From an uncultured Deinococcales bacterium (lineage in GTDB: Bacteria > Deinococcota > Deinococci > Deinococcales > JAAFIG01), in NCBI GenBank assembly GCA_964244895.1, contig CAXTKV010000003.1, forward strand, positions 1-59,830: a stretch of 59,830 nucleotides of DNA, in the 5' to 3' direction. Under the pieces are notes generated by a model. The model had not been told where the DNA came from. It made no database searches and worked only from the letters and a program-made list of their open reading frames with translations. The position numbers and the translations under genes are program-made. Shown here in pieces: positions 11,339 through 22,957 of this stretch (position 1 is the first letter of the stretch; each line of letters opens with the position of its first letter).

Positions 11339-14300
11339 ATGGCGAAACCCGCATCCAGACGCTCCAGGAGCCCTCGCGGTGAGGTTCAGGAACCCCTGTT
11401 CGGCACCGGCGTCGCGAACTGGTGGGACGGCGAAGCGCTCGGCCTGATTTTGCTCGGCTTCGGCGTGGTGCTTTCCCTGACCATGTACGCACCGGATCGG
11501 TACGCGGGCATTTTAGGGATCCTCAAAGCGACCCTGAAAAACAGCATCGGCTGGAGCGCCTACCTGCTGCCCGCGCTGCCGATCGCCTTCGGCCTGCTGC
11601 TCGTGCTGCGGCGCACGGTGCAATCCGCGCTGCGGGTCGCGGTCGGCGCGCTGATCGTGATCTGTGCGCTTCTGGTGGCCACCGCCATCAGCCGCCCAGA
11701 CTTGGCAGGCGCGATCCCGACGCTGCTGGCTCGAGGTTTGCGCCCCGTCGGGCCGCTCGGGTACCTGCTGGCGGCGCTGGTGGTCAGCCTGGGCGTCGAA
11801 GTCGTGTTCGCCTGGACGCTCACGACGCTGGCGCGCAACCTGGCCAAATTGATCGCGGTGGCGCTGGCGTGGCTGGCGCACACCATCCAGGCGCTGGTGA
11901 GGGCCGCCCAGGAGAACGCGGCGCGCGTGGCGACGATCTCGCGGTTGCGCGCATCGTTGCAGAACCACATCCGCGATATTCAGGGGTTGGAACGCCTGTA
12001 TCCCGGATCGAACGAGCTGGGCGGCTGGAAGATCGATGCGCAGAACACGCTGGTCAACCTGGGTTCGCTGGACGAACGCGGGTTTTCGCTGGTCGAAAAA
12101 GACCTGGCGGGCTGGTCGAAGCTGGTTTCGGGCTTCACCGCGACCCGCGCCAAGGAGCTGGGCGCGCAACTGCCCACCGAGGACGCGGGCTCGAGCCCCG
12201 TGCTGGACGAGGTCAAACGCGTTCTGGGCACGAAAACCGTGCCGGGTTCCGGCCCCGCCGCCAAAGCGCTCGAGGGCGTGCGACGCGCCTTGCAACTCGA
12301 TGCGGACACGCTCCAGGAAACCGCCAAGCGCGAGAAGCGCGACCGGGACGCCGCCGCCAAAGCCCTCGGTTCGGGCATCCGACCCCGAGAACTGGCGTCC
12401 GAACTCGAGCGGCACAGGGCGCGCGTCGAATCCTCGAAGAAATTGCTCGAGCGCGCGGAGGCGCTCTTGGCGCGCGTCCAACCGTACCCCGGCTGGCCGG
12501 AATTCGTGGCCCGGCTCGAGAAACCGGCCTCCGTCAAGGACGTTCACCCGGAATGGCTGGCCTTCACCAACAACCTCGCGCAGACCCTGCGCAACGGTCG
12601 CGCCGACGCCTTGCCGGAACTGATCGACTGGACGAACGATCTGGACGCGCTCGAGGTCAAGATCGCCGAGGAAGCCGCCGCGAAGCTGCTCGAGGCGAAC
12701 GCCATGACAGAAACACCGTCCAGCGCATCGGATTCCGACGCACCCGGAACGTCGTTCCAGACGGTCTTCTCCGCATCCGGCCTGGGAATGCTCGCAACGG
12801 GGCCGTTCACCTCCAACGCGCCCAACTCGAGCGAGCCCGAGGTTTTTGAAGCCGTCTTCGAGATGGACTTCCCCGGCGGCAACCACGTCAGCGCCGAGGA
12901 CATCCACGCGCTGATCGCGGGTACGGGTCGCGATTCCGGCCTCGAGATCACGGATCTCGAGCTCCCCGAAGATACCGATGCCGCGCCCTGGATTTCACCG
13001 TCGGAACGCGCCGCCGCCAAGATTGCGGCAGCCAAAGCGGGCAACCTGCACTCCAAGCCCAAAGCCGAAGGCATCGCAGATTCCAGCGTCGGTGAGCGCC
13101 TGAAAGCCCCGACCGTGCCCACGCAGGGCGGCATCCCGATCCAGATTCCCGGCTTCAGCTTCCTCGACCCCGTGCAGGCCTCGCAGATCGACCTGGCGAC
13201 CTTCGACCGCGACGCGCACAAACGCGCCCGGATCATCGACGAAACCTTCGGTAATTTCGGCATTCAGGCCAAAGTCGTGGATTTCGCGCGCGGCCCGACC
13301 GTCACGCGCTACGAGGTCGAACCCGCCCCCGGCGAGAAGATCGCGCGCGTGCAGAGCGTCCAGAACGACCTGGCCAGGGTGCTGGCGGTCGGCGGCGTGC
13401 GCATCGAAGCGCCCGTGCCAGGCAAGAACGTCATCGGCCTGGAAGTGCCCAACAGCGAACGCGAACCCGTGACCTTCCGCACCGGCATCGAATCGAACGC
13501 CTTCACGGGCCGAAAAGCCAAACTGCCGCTGCTGTTGGGGAAATCCATCGATGGCGAAATGGTCATCGGTGACCTGGCCAAAATGCCGCACCTGTTGATC
13601 GCGGGCAGCACGGGTTCCGGCAAGTCCGTCTGCGTCAACACGCTGATCATGAGCCTGCTGTTCCGTTACCTGCCCACGGAACTTCGCTTCGTGATGGTCG
13701 ATCCCAAGATGGTCGAGTTAACGCCCTACGACGGCATCCCGCACCTGGTGCGACCCGTCGTGACCAACCCGATGGACGCGGCGGGCGTGCTGTTGGGCTG
13801 CGTCGGACACATGGAACGCCGCTACAAGATGATGAGTGAAGTCGGCGCGAAAAATCTGGAGCAGTACAACGAGAAAGCCCGAGCCAGCGGCGACCCCGAA
13901 CTGCCCTACCTGGTGATCATCATCGACGAGCTGGCCGACCTGATGATCACCAGCCCCAAAGAAGTCGAAGCCTCGATCATGCGCCTCGCGCAGATGGCTC
14001 GAGCCACCGGAATGCACCTGATCCTGGCGACGCAACGCCCCAGCGCGGACGTGGTGACGGGCCTGATCAAGGTCAACATCCCCGCCCGAGTCGCGTTTGC
14101 GGTGTCCTCCGGCATCGATTCCCGCACCATCCTGGACAGCACGGGCGCGGAGCGCTTGACGGGCTACGGCGACATGCTCTTTTACCAGCCCGGACTGGTC
14201 AAAAGCGTGCGCTTGCAGGGGCCATACATCTCTGAAGCCGAACTCGCGCGGATCACGGAATTCTTGCGCCGCCAGTTCTTCGACGACGATTTCGGCGAGG

Positions 14301-14584
14301 CTTACGGCACGGACTTCGACGGCGTGTTTGAAACCAGCGGCGCGGTCATCAAGGCCGAAGACATCGATTTCGCCGACCCCCTGATCAAGAAAGCCGCCGA
14401 GGTCGTGATCGAGGAAGGTTACGCCGCCGTCTCGAGGTTGCAGCGCCGTTTGAGCGTCGGTCACGCCCGCGCGGGCAAGCTGATCGATGCGCTCGAGGCG
14501 ATGGGCATCGTCGGGCCGTACAAGGGCAGCAAATCCCGCGAAGTGATCGCCACGCGAGATCAGTTGCCGGATTACTTCGGTTAA
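11339..14584 (+). CDS. ftsK: DNA translocase FtsK
   Basis: N-terminal TMs, [30 protein letters not shown], gamma domain [13 protein letters not shown]; start 11339 or 11330. Confidence 0.93.
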   Translation: MAKPASRRSRSPRGEVQEPLFGTGVANWWDGEALGLILLGFGVVLSLTMYAPDRYAGILGILKATLKNSIGWSAYLLPALPIAFGLLLVLRRTVQSALRVAVGALIVICALLVATAISRPDLAGAIPTLLARGLRPVGPLGYLLAALVVSLGVEVVFAWTLTTLARNLAKLIAVALAWLAHTIQALVRAAQENAARVATISRLRASLQNHIRDIQGLERLYPGSNELGGWKIDAQNTLVNLGSLDERGFSLVEKDLAGWSKLVSGFTATRAKELGAQLPTEDAGSSPVLDEVKRVLGTKTVPGSGPAAKALEGVRRALQLDADTLQETAKREKRDRDAAAKALGSGIRPRELASELERHRARVESSKKLLERAEALLARVQPYPGWPEFVARLEKPASVKDVHPEWLAFTNNLAQTLRNGRADALPELIDWTNDLDALEVKIAEEAAAKLLEANAMTETPSSASDSDAPGTSFQTVFSASGLGMLATGPFTSNAPNSSEPEVFEAVFEMDFPGGNHVSAEDIHALIAGTGRDSGLEITDLELPEDTDAAPWISPSERAAAKIAAAKAGNLHSKPKAEGIADSSVGERLKAPTVPTQGGIPIQIPGFSFLDPVQASQIDLATFDRDAHKRARIIDETFGNFGIQAKVVDFARGPTVTRYEVEPAPGEKIARVQSVQNDLARVLAVGGVRIEAPVPGKNVIGLEVPNSEREPVTFRTGIESNAFTGRKAKLPLLLGKSIDGEMVIGDLAKMPHLLIAGSTGSGKSVCVNTLIMSLLFRYLPTELRFVMVDPKMVELTPYDGIPHLVRPVVTNPMDAAGVLLGCVGHMERRYKMMSEVGAKNLEQYNEKARASGDPELPYLVIIIDELADLMITSPKEVEASIMRLAQMARATGMHLILATQRPSADVVTGLIKVNIPARVAFAVSSGIDSRTILDSTGAERLTGYGDMLFYQPGLVKSVRLQGPYISEAELARITEFLRRQFFDDDFGEAYGTDFDGVFETSGAVIKAEDIDFADPLIKKAAEVVIEEGYAAVSRLQRRLSVGHARAGKLIDALEAMGIVGPYKGSKSREVIATRDQLPDYFG

Positions 14585-14905
14585 AAGAACACCGTCCAGT
14601 ACACATTCTGTAAGTTGTGTGCCAGACGGTGTTCTCGCGGTGATTCGAGTGCGTTTGCTGTCGGGGCGCGATTGATCACGTCGTCTTTAAGGAAACCGGA
14701 TGCCTTCTCGTCAAGCTGCGTTCTCTCGAGCCTTGCGTTCCAATTGGCGCGTTGCATTCGGCTAAACTGAAACCATGACCATGCCCTTCGAGCAAACACA
14801 CGCAACGGGCGAGGCTGAGGACTCGAGCTTCGGCCACGACGATCCCGTACTGCTCGAGCCGGGTTCCACGATTGCGCCGCTCGCGTTTCCGGAAGGGTTG
14901 CTCGA

Positions 14906-15589
14906 GTGGTGGTGAATCGCGCTCGGATTCCGCCGCCCGCCACGCTGGGCTTGCTGGCGCTGTTGGCGGTCGTGTTCATTCTGGAATGCGCGCTGACGGG
15001 CGTGCAGCAGGCGATTGCCAGCAATGTCAGTCTGGACACGCTGGATCGGCTGGGCGGGAATTACTACGCGGCGACCATCGAAGGTGGGCAACTCTGGCGG
15101 TTGGCAGCTGCCATGCTCTTGCACGGCAGCCTGATTCACATCGCATTCAACGCGTACGCGATGTGGAATCTCGGCAGCAACCTGGAGCGCTACGCGGGGC
15201 CTCGGGCGACGGTGATCGCGTTCGTGGTCACGGGTTTGATCGCTTCGCTGGCCTCGAGCTTGCTGGGCAACCGTCAGGCGATCAGCGTCGGCGCATCTGG
15301 CGCGGTCTTCGGCGTGCTGGGGTTCGCGTGCGTGGTCGGCGTGCAGAACCTGGCGCAGTTCTGGTTGCAGTTGCGGCGCAACGCGATGGTGCTGCTGCCG
15401 TCGCTTTTGCTCAGCGCCGTGATTCCGAACGTGGATAATTTTGGTCACGTCGGTGGCGTGGTGGCGGGGCTGGCGCTCGGGTACGTCTACCGCCGTCCGC
15501 CGCGCTCGCTCGAGAACGCGCTGGCGGTCGGGTCAATTGCGGTGCTGGCCTGGGCGCTCATCAGCATGGTGGCGAACGCCTTCAAGTAG
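14906..15589 (+). CDS. Rhomboid family intramembrane serine protease
   Basis: WRL, LHGSLIHIAFN, GASG, DNFGHVGG; start uncertain. Confidence 0.88.
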   Translation: MVVNRARIPPPATLGLLALLAVVFILECALTGVQQAIASNVSLDTLDRLGGNYYAATIEGGQLWRLAAAMLLHGSLIHIAFNAYAMWNLGSNLERYAGPRATVIAFVVTGLIASLASSLLGNRQAISVGASGAVFGVLGFACVVGVQNLAQFWLQLRRNAMVLLPSLLLSAVIPNVDNFGHVGGVVAGLALGYVYRRPPRSLENALAVGSIAVLAWALISMVANAFK

Positions 15590-15680
15590 TGCGCGCGAAG
15601 TGCGTCTCGAGAGCACCGTCCAGCACGCAAATTTTGATGCTCGAGAACGCCGTGCAGGACGGTGTTCCTTCTGGCCCCTG

Positions 15681-15795
15681 ATATCAAATCGCTTTTAGAA
15701 TTGGCGATGTAACCACGAATGATGAGAGCGAGCTTGCCGTTGTGTACGACAATCTCGAGAATCAGGCTCCGACAAAAACAAACACGATTTGATAT
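15681..15795. mobile_element. MITE-like element with 11-bp terminal inverted repeats
   Basis: ATATCAAATCG (15681-15691) and CGATTTGATAT (15785-15795), AT-rich interior, ends resemble the 2631 and 18027 elements. Confidence 0.45.
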
Positions 15796-15810
15796 GACCC
15801 CTGACCACCT

Positions 15811-16620
15811 TCACTGCTCGGGTTTGACCAGCACGCTCGAGCCGGCGTGGAGCGTGAAGCGCATCATGGCGTTGCTGGAAAAAAGCAGGTACGCGCCGAG
15901 GTTCGGCGCGGAAAGGGCGGGAAACACGAACTCGCGCCCGGTTTCTTCGCGCATGCGAATTTTCTTGACGCGCCGTCCGTGCTGGCGCTCCCAGGTTTTG
16001 ATAATCGTGCTGTCCACGGCAGCTTCCAGGCCGAACAGGTCGTGCGATAACCCGATCACCAGCCTGGCCACGCGCGGTTGGCGTTTCTTGACATCGAGAA
16101 GCCCCAGCGCGGTCAACCTGACCAGCACGTCCTGCACCTGAGAGAACGGTTGCGCGCAAGCTTCGGCCAGTTCGGCGGTGCTGCGCCGCCCGTCGATTTG
16201 TTTGACCACGGCGCGTTCCTGGTCTGAAAGTTCCACCGACATCAGGCGCGCCTTGTCGAGCACGCGCGGCACATCGACCTCGTCCGGTCGAGGGGTTTGT
16301 TTTTCCTCGTGGCGCGGGGTGTCGCTGAGTTCGCGCACGGCCTGAAGGAGCAGGTTGTCCAGGCTAGACGTGATGGTTTTCTTGGTTGGCAACTGGTTCG
16401 GGACGAATTCGAAGCTGCCGCGCTCGTCGGTCAACGCGACCCGCAACGCCTCGAGATCGTGCGTACCCGCGAAGCTGGCGTGGGTCAGCTTGCCATCTTC
16501 CAGGTAGAAACGCCCTTCGCCCTGGGCGGGGTGGTGAATGCCCAGGTAGCCGCGAGAGTTGTTCTGGGCCAGCAATTGAATCAGATCCACCAGGTTGAAC
16601 ACACCCAACGATCCACGCAC
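15811..16620 (-). CDS. DUF4388 domain protein
   Basis: MRGSLGVFNLVDLIQLLAQNNSRGYL...GKLTHA...GSFEF; central winged-helix-like segment. Confidence 0.8.
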   Translation of the reverse strand: MRGSLGVFNLVDLIQLLAQNNSRGYLGIHHPAQGEGRFYLEDGKLTHASFAGTHDLEALRVALTDERGSFEFVPNQLPTKKTITSSLDNLLLQAVRELSDTPRHEEKQTPRPDEVDVPRVLDKARLMSVELSDQERAVVKQIDGRRSTAELAEACAQPFSQVQDVLVRLTALGLLDVKKRQPRVARLVIGLSHDLFGLEAAVDSTIIKTWERQHGRRVKKIRMREETGREFVFPALSAPNLGAYLLFSSNAMMRFTLHAGSSVLVKPEQ

Positions 16621-16932
16621 GGAACGAATAGTAGCAGCTTCTGGACGCGAATTCCGGTATTTTGCGGTTCTGAGGTCGGGCGCGCTGGCGAGAACCCCGC
16701 AAAAATAGGGTCCGGACGGGGTGAAATGGCTCGAGCCATCGTCGAGCGCGAGTCGGTATCTCAGGGTTTCTCGAGATTCTCCTCGGCGCTGGAAACGAGT
16801 CCGCCCGAGATCAAAGAAGGTCGTCTCAGATGGTGTTCTCGAGGTTCAAGTCGGTCGGACACGGGTTTTGAGGCGAAGCAAACGCGGATTTCCGACAGTC
16901 TCCATTCGGGCCGGGCGGTTACAGTGAGTCAA

Positions 16933-17889
16933 ATGAAACGAATCACACTTATGCTTCTGTGCGCGCTCGGGTTGCTGACTCAGCACGCCAACGCGACCGA
17001 GATCGAGGTCTTCGGGGCGGCGGGCGCGTTCCCATTCACCATCGGCGCGACCCTGCGCAACCTGGTGGTCGCCAACAACCCGGACATCTCGCTTGAGGCG
17101 ACCGCCACCAACCGGTGGGCGCTGGCCGGAATCGGCGTGGGTCAGGATCTCGGGCCGCTCGGACGGTTTTCGGTGCTGACGCGTTTCGCGTTTGTATACG
17201 CGGGCGGCGTGCGCGTGCGCCTGAACGCGCGCGGCACGTTTGGGCCTGTCGCGGCGGAATTTCAGGGTCTGTACTGGTCGGTGCCACCCGACGCCACCAA
17301 CCCGATGTCCACCTTCGAGAAGGACAGCGACCCGTTCGGCAATTCGGGCTTTCTGGTCAGCAGCGGCTTCACGTACCGGCTTTCCAGGGTGCTGGCGGCC
17401 AGCGTCAACGGGCGTTACAGCACGGCGGGTTCGCGGGTCGGGGCGCGATTGGAATATCGCGAGGGCGAGATCACGATTTACGGTGGGCCGCAGTTCGCGT
17501 TTCAGGACGTGGGCGGCCAGAACCTGGGTGTGACCTACGCGGGCGTGCTGGGCGGCAAGTACGCTCCTGAAACGGACCCGTACACCGTCAGCGGAGAGTT
17601 GCTGCTCGGCTACGGCCCGATCGGTGGCGTGGACGGCATCCTTTACGGCTTGAATCTTAATTTCGACACGGACTTGCCGGACAACGTCGGCACGTTGGGC
17701 GCGTACGTCTCGCTCGAGCCGTGGCGTCTGGACGTGTACCCGTTGCGCTTCGGAGCGGCCTTCAACGCGAACCTGGGGCCCGGACAGGCGTACATCCGGC
17801 TCGGCGGCGGGACGCTCCTGGGCGGGTTGTTCCAGTGGGGCGCGCAGTTGGGTTACGTGCTGTACCTGGACGATTTGCTGGCCAAGTGA
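16933..17889 (+). CDS. Secreted probable outer-membrane beta-barrel protein
   Basis: Signal peptide MKRITLM...HANA; alternating Gly/aromatic strands, terminal WGAQLGYVLY; TACAGT 7 nt upstream of ATG. Confidence 0.65.
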   Translation: MKRITLMLLCALGLLTQHANATEIEVFGAAGAFPFTIGATLRNLVVANNPDISLEATATNRWALAGIGVGQDLGPLGRFSVLTRFAFVYAGGVRVRLNARGTFGPVAAEFQGLYWSVPPDATNPMSTFEKDSDPFGNSGFLVSSGFTYRLSRVLAASVNGRYSTAGSRVGARLEYREGEITIYGGPQFAFQDVGGQNLGVTYAGVLGGKYAPETDPYTVSGELLLGYGPIGGVDGILYGLNLNFDTDLPDNVGTLGAYVSLEPWRLDVYPLRFGAAFNANLGPGQAYIRLGGGTLLGGLFQWGAQLGYVLYLDDLLAK

Positions 17890-18026
17890 CGCGTATCGGG
17901 ATTCTCGAGAACACCGTCCCAAGCGGTGTTCTCTCTTTTGAGCCGCGGCCAAAGACCGTCCGGGACGCAGATTCTGATTTCTCGAGATTCGCGTCCTGGA
18001 CGGTCTCCTCCGGGATTTGGCGCGGT

Positions 18027-18157
18027 GATATCAAATCCGTTTTGATTTGACGAGGTATTTTGATCAAATCAAAACCGCGCCCTGACGCGTTGGATACGAG
18101 TGAAATCGTCTTTCACTTGCGCGGCTTCGCCGCTTCAGTTCCAGACGATTTCACATA
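18027..18157. mobile_element. MITE-like repeat, copy 2
   Basis: Homologous to 2631-2760 with internal 33-bp segment inverted. Confidence 0.6.
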
Positions 18158-18294
18158 CAATCGCGGCTGCGGGTGAAGGTGCGTTTAGCCGCTCCGGGCT
18201 CGTTCTCATGCCGCAGGCGGTATAAACTTCATCAGGTTCGCGCCGTCCCAGTCAACGCTTCTGGCGTACTGCGCGGCGTTCTTCGGAGGCACCC

Positions 18295-18981
18295 GTGAAA
18301 ACAAAGACACTTCTGAGCATCGGCCTGGGATTGATCGCGTCCGCCATCGGCATCGCGCTGGCGCAAAGCCCGAGCGCAGCCGACATCCTCGCCAAGCTCG
18401 AGACCACCCAGAAATCCATCAAGGACTACCGCGCGCGCGTGGCTGGAAGCGCCGAGCAGGGCGACCAGAAACTCAAGCTCGAGATGGACGTGCAGGCCAT
18501 TCCCGCCATGAACCTGGTGCGCGTCAAGTTCAACGCCCCGGATTCGCTGGCGGACAATTTCATCATCATCGATAAAACCACCGTCTACAACTACTTGTTC
18601 TTGACCAACCAGGTCACGATCACGAAGTTGAACGCGGCCAACGTCGGCGGCTTCAACTTCAATTTCTCACAGTTCTCGAGCTTCAGCGATTCGCTGCCCA
18701 AAGACAAGATCAACTTCAAGCCCGTCACCACCGAATCCACGCCCGACGGCAAGGCTTACGTGGTGGATGCCACGCCGAAGCCGGGTTCCAACCTGGAGTT
18801 TTCCCGCGTCAAGGTCTGGGTACTGGACGGCTCGTGGCGACCGCAGCGCATTCAGTATTTCGACGACAAGGGCCTCAATCCAATCGCGGACATCACGGTC
18901 AGCAAGTGGGAGCAGAACGTGGGTTTGAAAGCCACCGACCTGCGCAAACTGCCCAAGGATGCCGAGATCATCAAAAAGTAA
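18295..18981 (+). CDS. LolA-like outer membrane lipoprotein carrier protein
   Basis: Signal peptide, SAADILAKL, RVKFNAPDSLADNFII, YNYLFLTNQ, KLPKDAEII terminus; GGAGG RBS. Confidence 0.72.
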   Translation: MKTKTLLSIGLGLIASAIGIALAQSPSAADILAKLETTQKSIKDYRARVAGSAEQGDQKLKLEMDVQAIPAMNLVRVKFNAPDSLADNFIIIDKTTVYNYLFLTNQVTITKLNAANVGGFNFNFSQFSSFSDSLPKDKINFKPVTTESTPDGKAYVVDATPKPGSNLEFSRVKVWVLDGSWRPQRIQYFDDKGLNPIADITVSKWEQNVGLKATDLRKLPKDAEIIKK

Positions 18982-18994
18982 AGCCATCACGGTC

Positions 18995-19027
18995 GAGAGG
19001 GCGTCCTGAACGCCCTCTTTTCGTTTT
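18995..19027 (+). terminator. Rho-independent terminator
   Basis: GAGAGGGCGT-cctga-ACGCCCTCTT then T-rich tail. Confidence 0.65.
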
Positions 19028-19300
19028 GATGGGCGGGCTGCTGAGGCACAGCCTCACAGACGCTCAGCTTCAAAAACCCGATGCTCGAGCGCACCGGAAA
19101 AGACCGTTTGGGGCGCAGCATCGTCAACGTTCAGGCGGTCGTACCGGGGTGAAGGTCAGAACGCTCAGAACGGTGCTTGTTGCGCACTCGAACTGCTTTT
19201 CATGTCGTGTTCACGCGTTGGGCGCTCAATGCACCTCGGTCGGGTGCGGCGCGGTTCAGGTGCGGCGCGGTTCAGGTACGCCGCACCCAAGGAGAACGAA

Positions 19301-19849
19301 ATGAGGTCTCGGCGAACCAGACTGCCAAATTGGGTGCTGTGGATCGTACTGATCGCGATCGTGATCCGGCTGCTGATGAGCTACCTGCCCCAGCTTCAGG
19401 GCGCGCCGAACGTCAATCCGCCGTCTGCAGGCTCCGCGCGCGTGATTCCGGGCGTGTCCCCCGACCCGAGGCTCTCGCCGGGGGACGTGCTGACCACCAA
19501 CGTGAGCCAGATCTGCACGTCCGGATACACGAAAACCGTGCGAAACGTGCCCTCGGATTTGAAAAAGCAGATCTACCAGGAGTACGGCATCGTCAGCCAC
19601 AAACCCGGCGAGTACGAGATTGACCACATCGTCAGCCTGGAATTGGGCGGGTCAAATTCGGCGCGCAACCTGTTCCCGCAATCCTACAAACTCAAACCCT
19701 TGAACGCCCACGTCAAGGACGAACTCGAGAACAAGCTGCACGAGATGATCTGCACCGGCAAGATCCCGATTCAGACCGCGCAGCAAGAGATCGCGCACGA
19801 CTGGATCGCCGCGTATCAAAAGTACGTCGGGCCGCTACCCACGAACTAG
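19301..19849 (+). CDS. Membrane-anchored HNH-type nuclease-like protein
   Basis: AAGGAG RBS; N-terminal TM; YEIDHIVSLELGGSNSARNLFPQ HNH-like motif; Cys pair. Confidence 0.7.
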   Translation: MRSRRTRLPNWVLWIVLIAIVIRLLMSYLPQLQGAPNVNPPSAGSARVIPGVSPDPRLSPGDVLTTNVSQICTSGYTKTVRNVPSDLKKQIYQEYGIVSHKPGEYEIDHIVSLELGGSNSARNLFPQSYKLKPLNAHVKDELENKLHEMICTGKIPIQTAQQEIAHDWIAAYQKYVGPLPTN

Positions 19850-19943
19850 GAACACCGTCCAGGACGTTCGTACCGTCATCCCAGTAGGCACGGATGAAGA
19901 TTCTCGAGATCGAGTGCGGACGGTATTCTCGAGCGAGGCAAAC

Positions 19944-20432
19944 ATGAACCAAGCCATCAACGCGTCCAACCCCGAAGTCAGCCTCATCAACCCCGATGGC
20001 ACGGCCTCGGGTGACACCCTGACCCCTCGAGAAATCAGTCTCTTCGAGGCCGTAGATCGCAGCCTGCGCGCCGACCCCAAATTCGTCTCGACTTACCCAG
20101 ACGCCGTGCTGGAACGGATCGAATCCTTGCGAGCCATGCCGGAAACCGCGAGCGGACGTTCCTATTTGCGCTACCGTTTCGCCACGGGCGTGACCGAATT
20201 CTGGGGTCGGGTTTCGGGTCGGGCGCGCATCAACTACCGTTCCGGGATCGTGGACGTGATGCTCGAGCCGGACGCAGCCCAGCCCCAGCCAGCCCAGCCC
20301 CAGCGAGCCCAGTCGCAACCAGTACAGCTCCAGTCGCAGTCCGAACCAGTGCAGCCCGCGCCCGTCAAACCCGATGAACCGACCTCGAACGCCACCGAAC
20401 CCGCGCCGCCGACCAGCCGACGCCAACTGTAA
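19944..20432 (+). CDS. Hypothetical protein with Pro/Gln-rich tail
   Basis: GAGG upstream of ATG 19944; coding-like composition. Confidence 0.55.
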   Translation: MNQAINASNPEVSLINPDGTASGDTLTPREISLFEAVDRSLRADPKFVSTYPDAVLERIESLRAMPETASGRSYLRYRFATGVTEFWGRVSGRARINYRSGIVDVMLEPDAAQPQPAQPQRAQSQPVQLQSQSEPVQPAPVKPDEPTSNATEPAPPTSRRQL

Positions 20433-20630
20433 ACCCCATGCTCGAGGACGCGTGATCGAGCGCATCGTCCGGTGCGCACCGTCCAGCGCGCATTCGTGAA
20501 GCGGCACGCTGGACGGTGCCCCCGATCAATAACGTTCAATCCTCAACGAAGCGTGAAGCAAACCGTTACCTTCCGTTCATCCGCACGCGATAGCCTCACC
20601 TCGAGTCCAAAGAACAGGGAGGTTCATCAC

Positions 20631-22658
20631 ATGCGAATCCGCACGAACATGACTGTTGCCGCCGCGCTCGCGGCGCTGCTGGTTTCCTGCCCACAACCGC
20701 CATCGAAACCGTCCGTGACCGTTCAGAGCACGACCGGCATCACGCAGGTGACCGTCTCGAACGGCCTGAATTTGCAAGCCACCACCGCCACACCGCTCGC
20801 GCTCAACTGGAGCGTCAACGGCGTGGCTGGCGGCAACAGCAGCCTCGGTACGGTCAGCCCGACCAGCACACCAGCCAGCACGAACGGCACGATCCAGTAC
20901 TTCGCGCCCGCCAACATCCCGAACCCGCCGACCGTGACGGTGCGCGCCACCAACGCCGCCGACGCCAACGATTACGGCGAGATCAACCTGACGATCATCC
21001 AGACCGGCCAGGGCGGTATCAGCGGCACGATCACCGTACCCAACGGTCTATTGAGCGTCCAGAACGCCCAGAGCAGTCTCGAGGCTCAGGGTCTGCCGCA
21101 AGCTAAACCCTTCCAACCGGACTGGTCGCTGCCGCACGCACCCGGTCAGGTGCTGATTCTTTCAGACGCCAACGCTGGCAACAACCTGCGCGTGGCCAGC
21201 GCACCCAGCTTGCAAAACGCGCGGCTCGAGCGCCTGAACGAGCGCGTCTCGAGGGCCAGCGTTCCGGCGGGCCAGAACGAGCGCGCCTTCGCGGATCGCG
21301 TCGCCCAGGAGACAGGCGCACTGGTGCAACCGAACTACATTTACCGTCCGCTTGAGGCGGCCCCCGTTCCGAACGACCCCAATTACTCCGACAAGCAGTT
21401 TTACCTGACCCAGATTGACGCTCCGGGCGCGTGGTTGACTCAGAAAACCGTGCCGGACGGGTTGATCGCGGTGCTGGACACGGGCGTGGATTTGACCCAT
21501 CCCGACCTGGCGGGCCGAGTCACGGCGGGCCAGGATTTCTGCCCGAACAACAACGGCAGCGTCTGCCAGGGAACGGACGGCGACCCGACGGATATCCCGC
21601 TCTCCGTGTCCGGTGGCGGACACGGAACGCACACCTTCGGCATGATCGCCGCCGCGACCAACAACTCGGTCGGCATCTCGGGCGTGACCTGGGGCGGCAA
21701 GGTGCTGGCCGTCAAGGTCTTCGGGAACTTCAACGGCAGCGCCGCTTCGGACAGCGCCGCGCTCGCCTCGGCGGTTCGCTACGCCGCTGATCAGGGGGCG
21801 AAAGTCATCAACCTCTCGCTCGGATTGCCGACTGCGGATGTGACCAAGAACCCGGACAAGCTCTTCGCCGACGCGATCGCTTACGCGGCGGGGCCTAAGG
21901 ATGTCGTGGTGGTGGCCGCCGCCGGAAATTACCAGCCCAATGTGCCGGACAACCAGAAAATCCTCTTCTACCCGGCCTCGGATGTCAACACGATTCCGGT
22001 CGGCGCGGTGGACTCGAGCAACCAGATCGCGTCCTTTTCCGCGCGCGGTGACACGCGCTTGATCATGGCTCCCGGCATGGGCTCGAGCATCACGACCGGT
22101 CAGGGCATCTGGTCCACGCAGGTCGGCGGTGGCTTCGAGGAGCGCTTCGGCACCTCGGAAGCTGCCCCGCAGGTGGCGGCGGTCGCCGGATTGATTCGCG
22201 CCGCCAACGCTGGCTTGACTGCCTTGCAGACGAGGGGCATTCTTCAAACCACCGCCCGCAACCTCGGCCCGAGTGCCACCTTCGGTTTCGGTCTGTTGCA
22301 GGCGGGAGCGGCGGTCAAGAAAGCCGCGAACCCGTCCAGTCCGCCGCCCGCCCAGACGACCGTCTACGTTTACGCCGATCGTCAGGTCAACGGTTCTTTC
22401 GCACCGAACGACCCGCAGAGCGGTCGAACGGTCGTGATCCTGCCCGGCACGAACGGCACGGTCAACTACTCGATCACGGCGGGCAGGGACGGCAAGTCCC
22501 TTCAGAACGGCACGTACCGCGTCGTGGCCTGCATCAACAAGAACTCGAACGGTACAGCCTGCGACTCGGGCGATCTGGGCGCGTCCAACCCGACGGCGCA
22601 GAATTACACGGGTTCGCCGATCAACAACGTCACCGTCACCGTCGTCGCGATTCCCTGA
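20631..22658 (+). CDS. S8 subtilisin-like serine protease lipoprotein
   Basis: GGAGG RBS, lipobox LLVSC, catalytic triad VLDTG / HGTH / GTSEAAP, AAAGN. Confidence 0.9.
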   Translation: MRIRTNMTVAAALAALLVSCPQPPSKPSVTVQSTTGITQVTVSNGLNLQATTATPLALNWSVNGVAGGNSSLGTVSPTSTPASTNGTIQYFAPANIPNPPTVTVRATNAADANDYGEINLTIIQTGQGGISGTITVPNGLLSVQNAQSSLEAQGLPQAKPFQPDWSLPHAPGQVLILSDANAGNNLRVASAPSLQNARLERLNERVSRASVPAGQNERAFADRVAQETGALVQPNYIYRPLEAAPVPNDPNYSDKQFYLTQIDAPGAWLTQKTVPDGLIAVLDTGVDLTHPDLAGRVTAGQDFCPNNNGSVCQGTDGDPTDIPLSVSGGGHGTHTFGMIAAATNNSVGISGVTWGGKVLAVKVFGNFNGSAASDSAALASAVRYAADQGAKVINLSLGLPTADVTKNPDKLFADAIAYAAGPKDVVVVAAAGNYQPNVPDNQKILFYPASDVNTIPVGAVDSSNQIASFSARGDTRLIMAPGMGSSITTGQGIWSTQVGGGFEERFGTSEAAPQVAAVAGLIRAANAGLTALQTRGILQTTARNLGPSATFGFGLLQAGAAVKKAANPSSPPPAQTTVYVYADRQVNGSFAPNDPQSGRTVVILPGTNGTVNYSITAGRDGKSLQNGTYRVVACINKNSNGTACDSGDLGASNPTAQNYTGSPINNVTVTVVAIP

Positions 22659-22957
22659 TCGAGAAGCCATTCTTTCCCGGCAGTCCTTTCCTTTACAGGG
22701 ACTGCCGGCTTTTGCGCCCGCATCCTGCACGGTTCGTCCGGGACGCGGTGATGCCGCAGCCGAAAGACCGCTCGGGCTGAGTAGAGCGGACGCATCTTGC
22801 TTGCTCGGCGTTCAGACCGTTTTCTTCGAGCGACGTTTGGGCGATGCTTCTCGAGCAGGATGTCTCGAGCGGGTCGGGGTTCCAGAATGCCCGCCCGAGC
22901 CGCAGGTGAATGCATGAACGACTGGCGCGCACGTTGTGAATCGTTGCAAATTTCCGA

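Noticed and set aside
16297-16932. N-terminal extension of the 530-aa ORF
   Set aside because: Overlaps the DUF4388 gene on the opposite strand; signal peptide and -10 box point to ATG 16933.
20270-20430. QPQPAQPQ and other Pro-rich low-complexity tails
   Set aside because: Ordinary disordered linkers, not a DNA repeat system.
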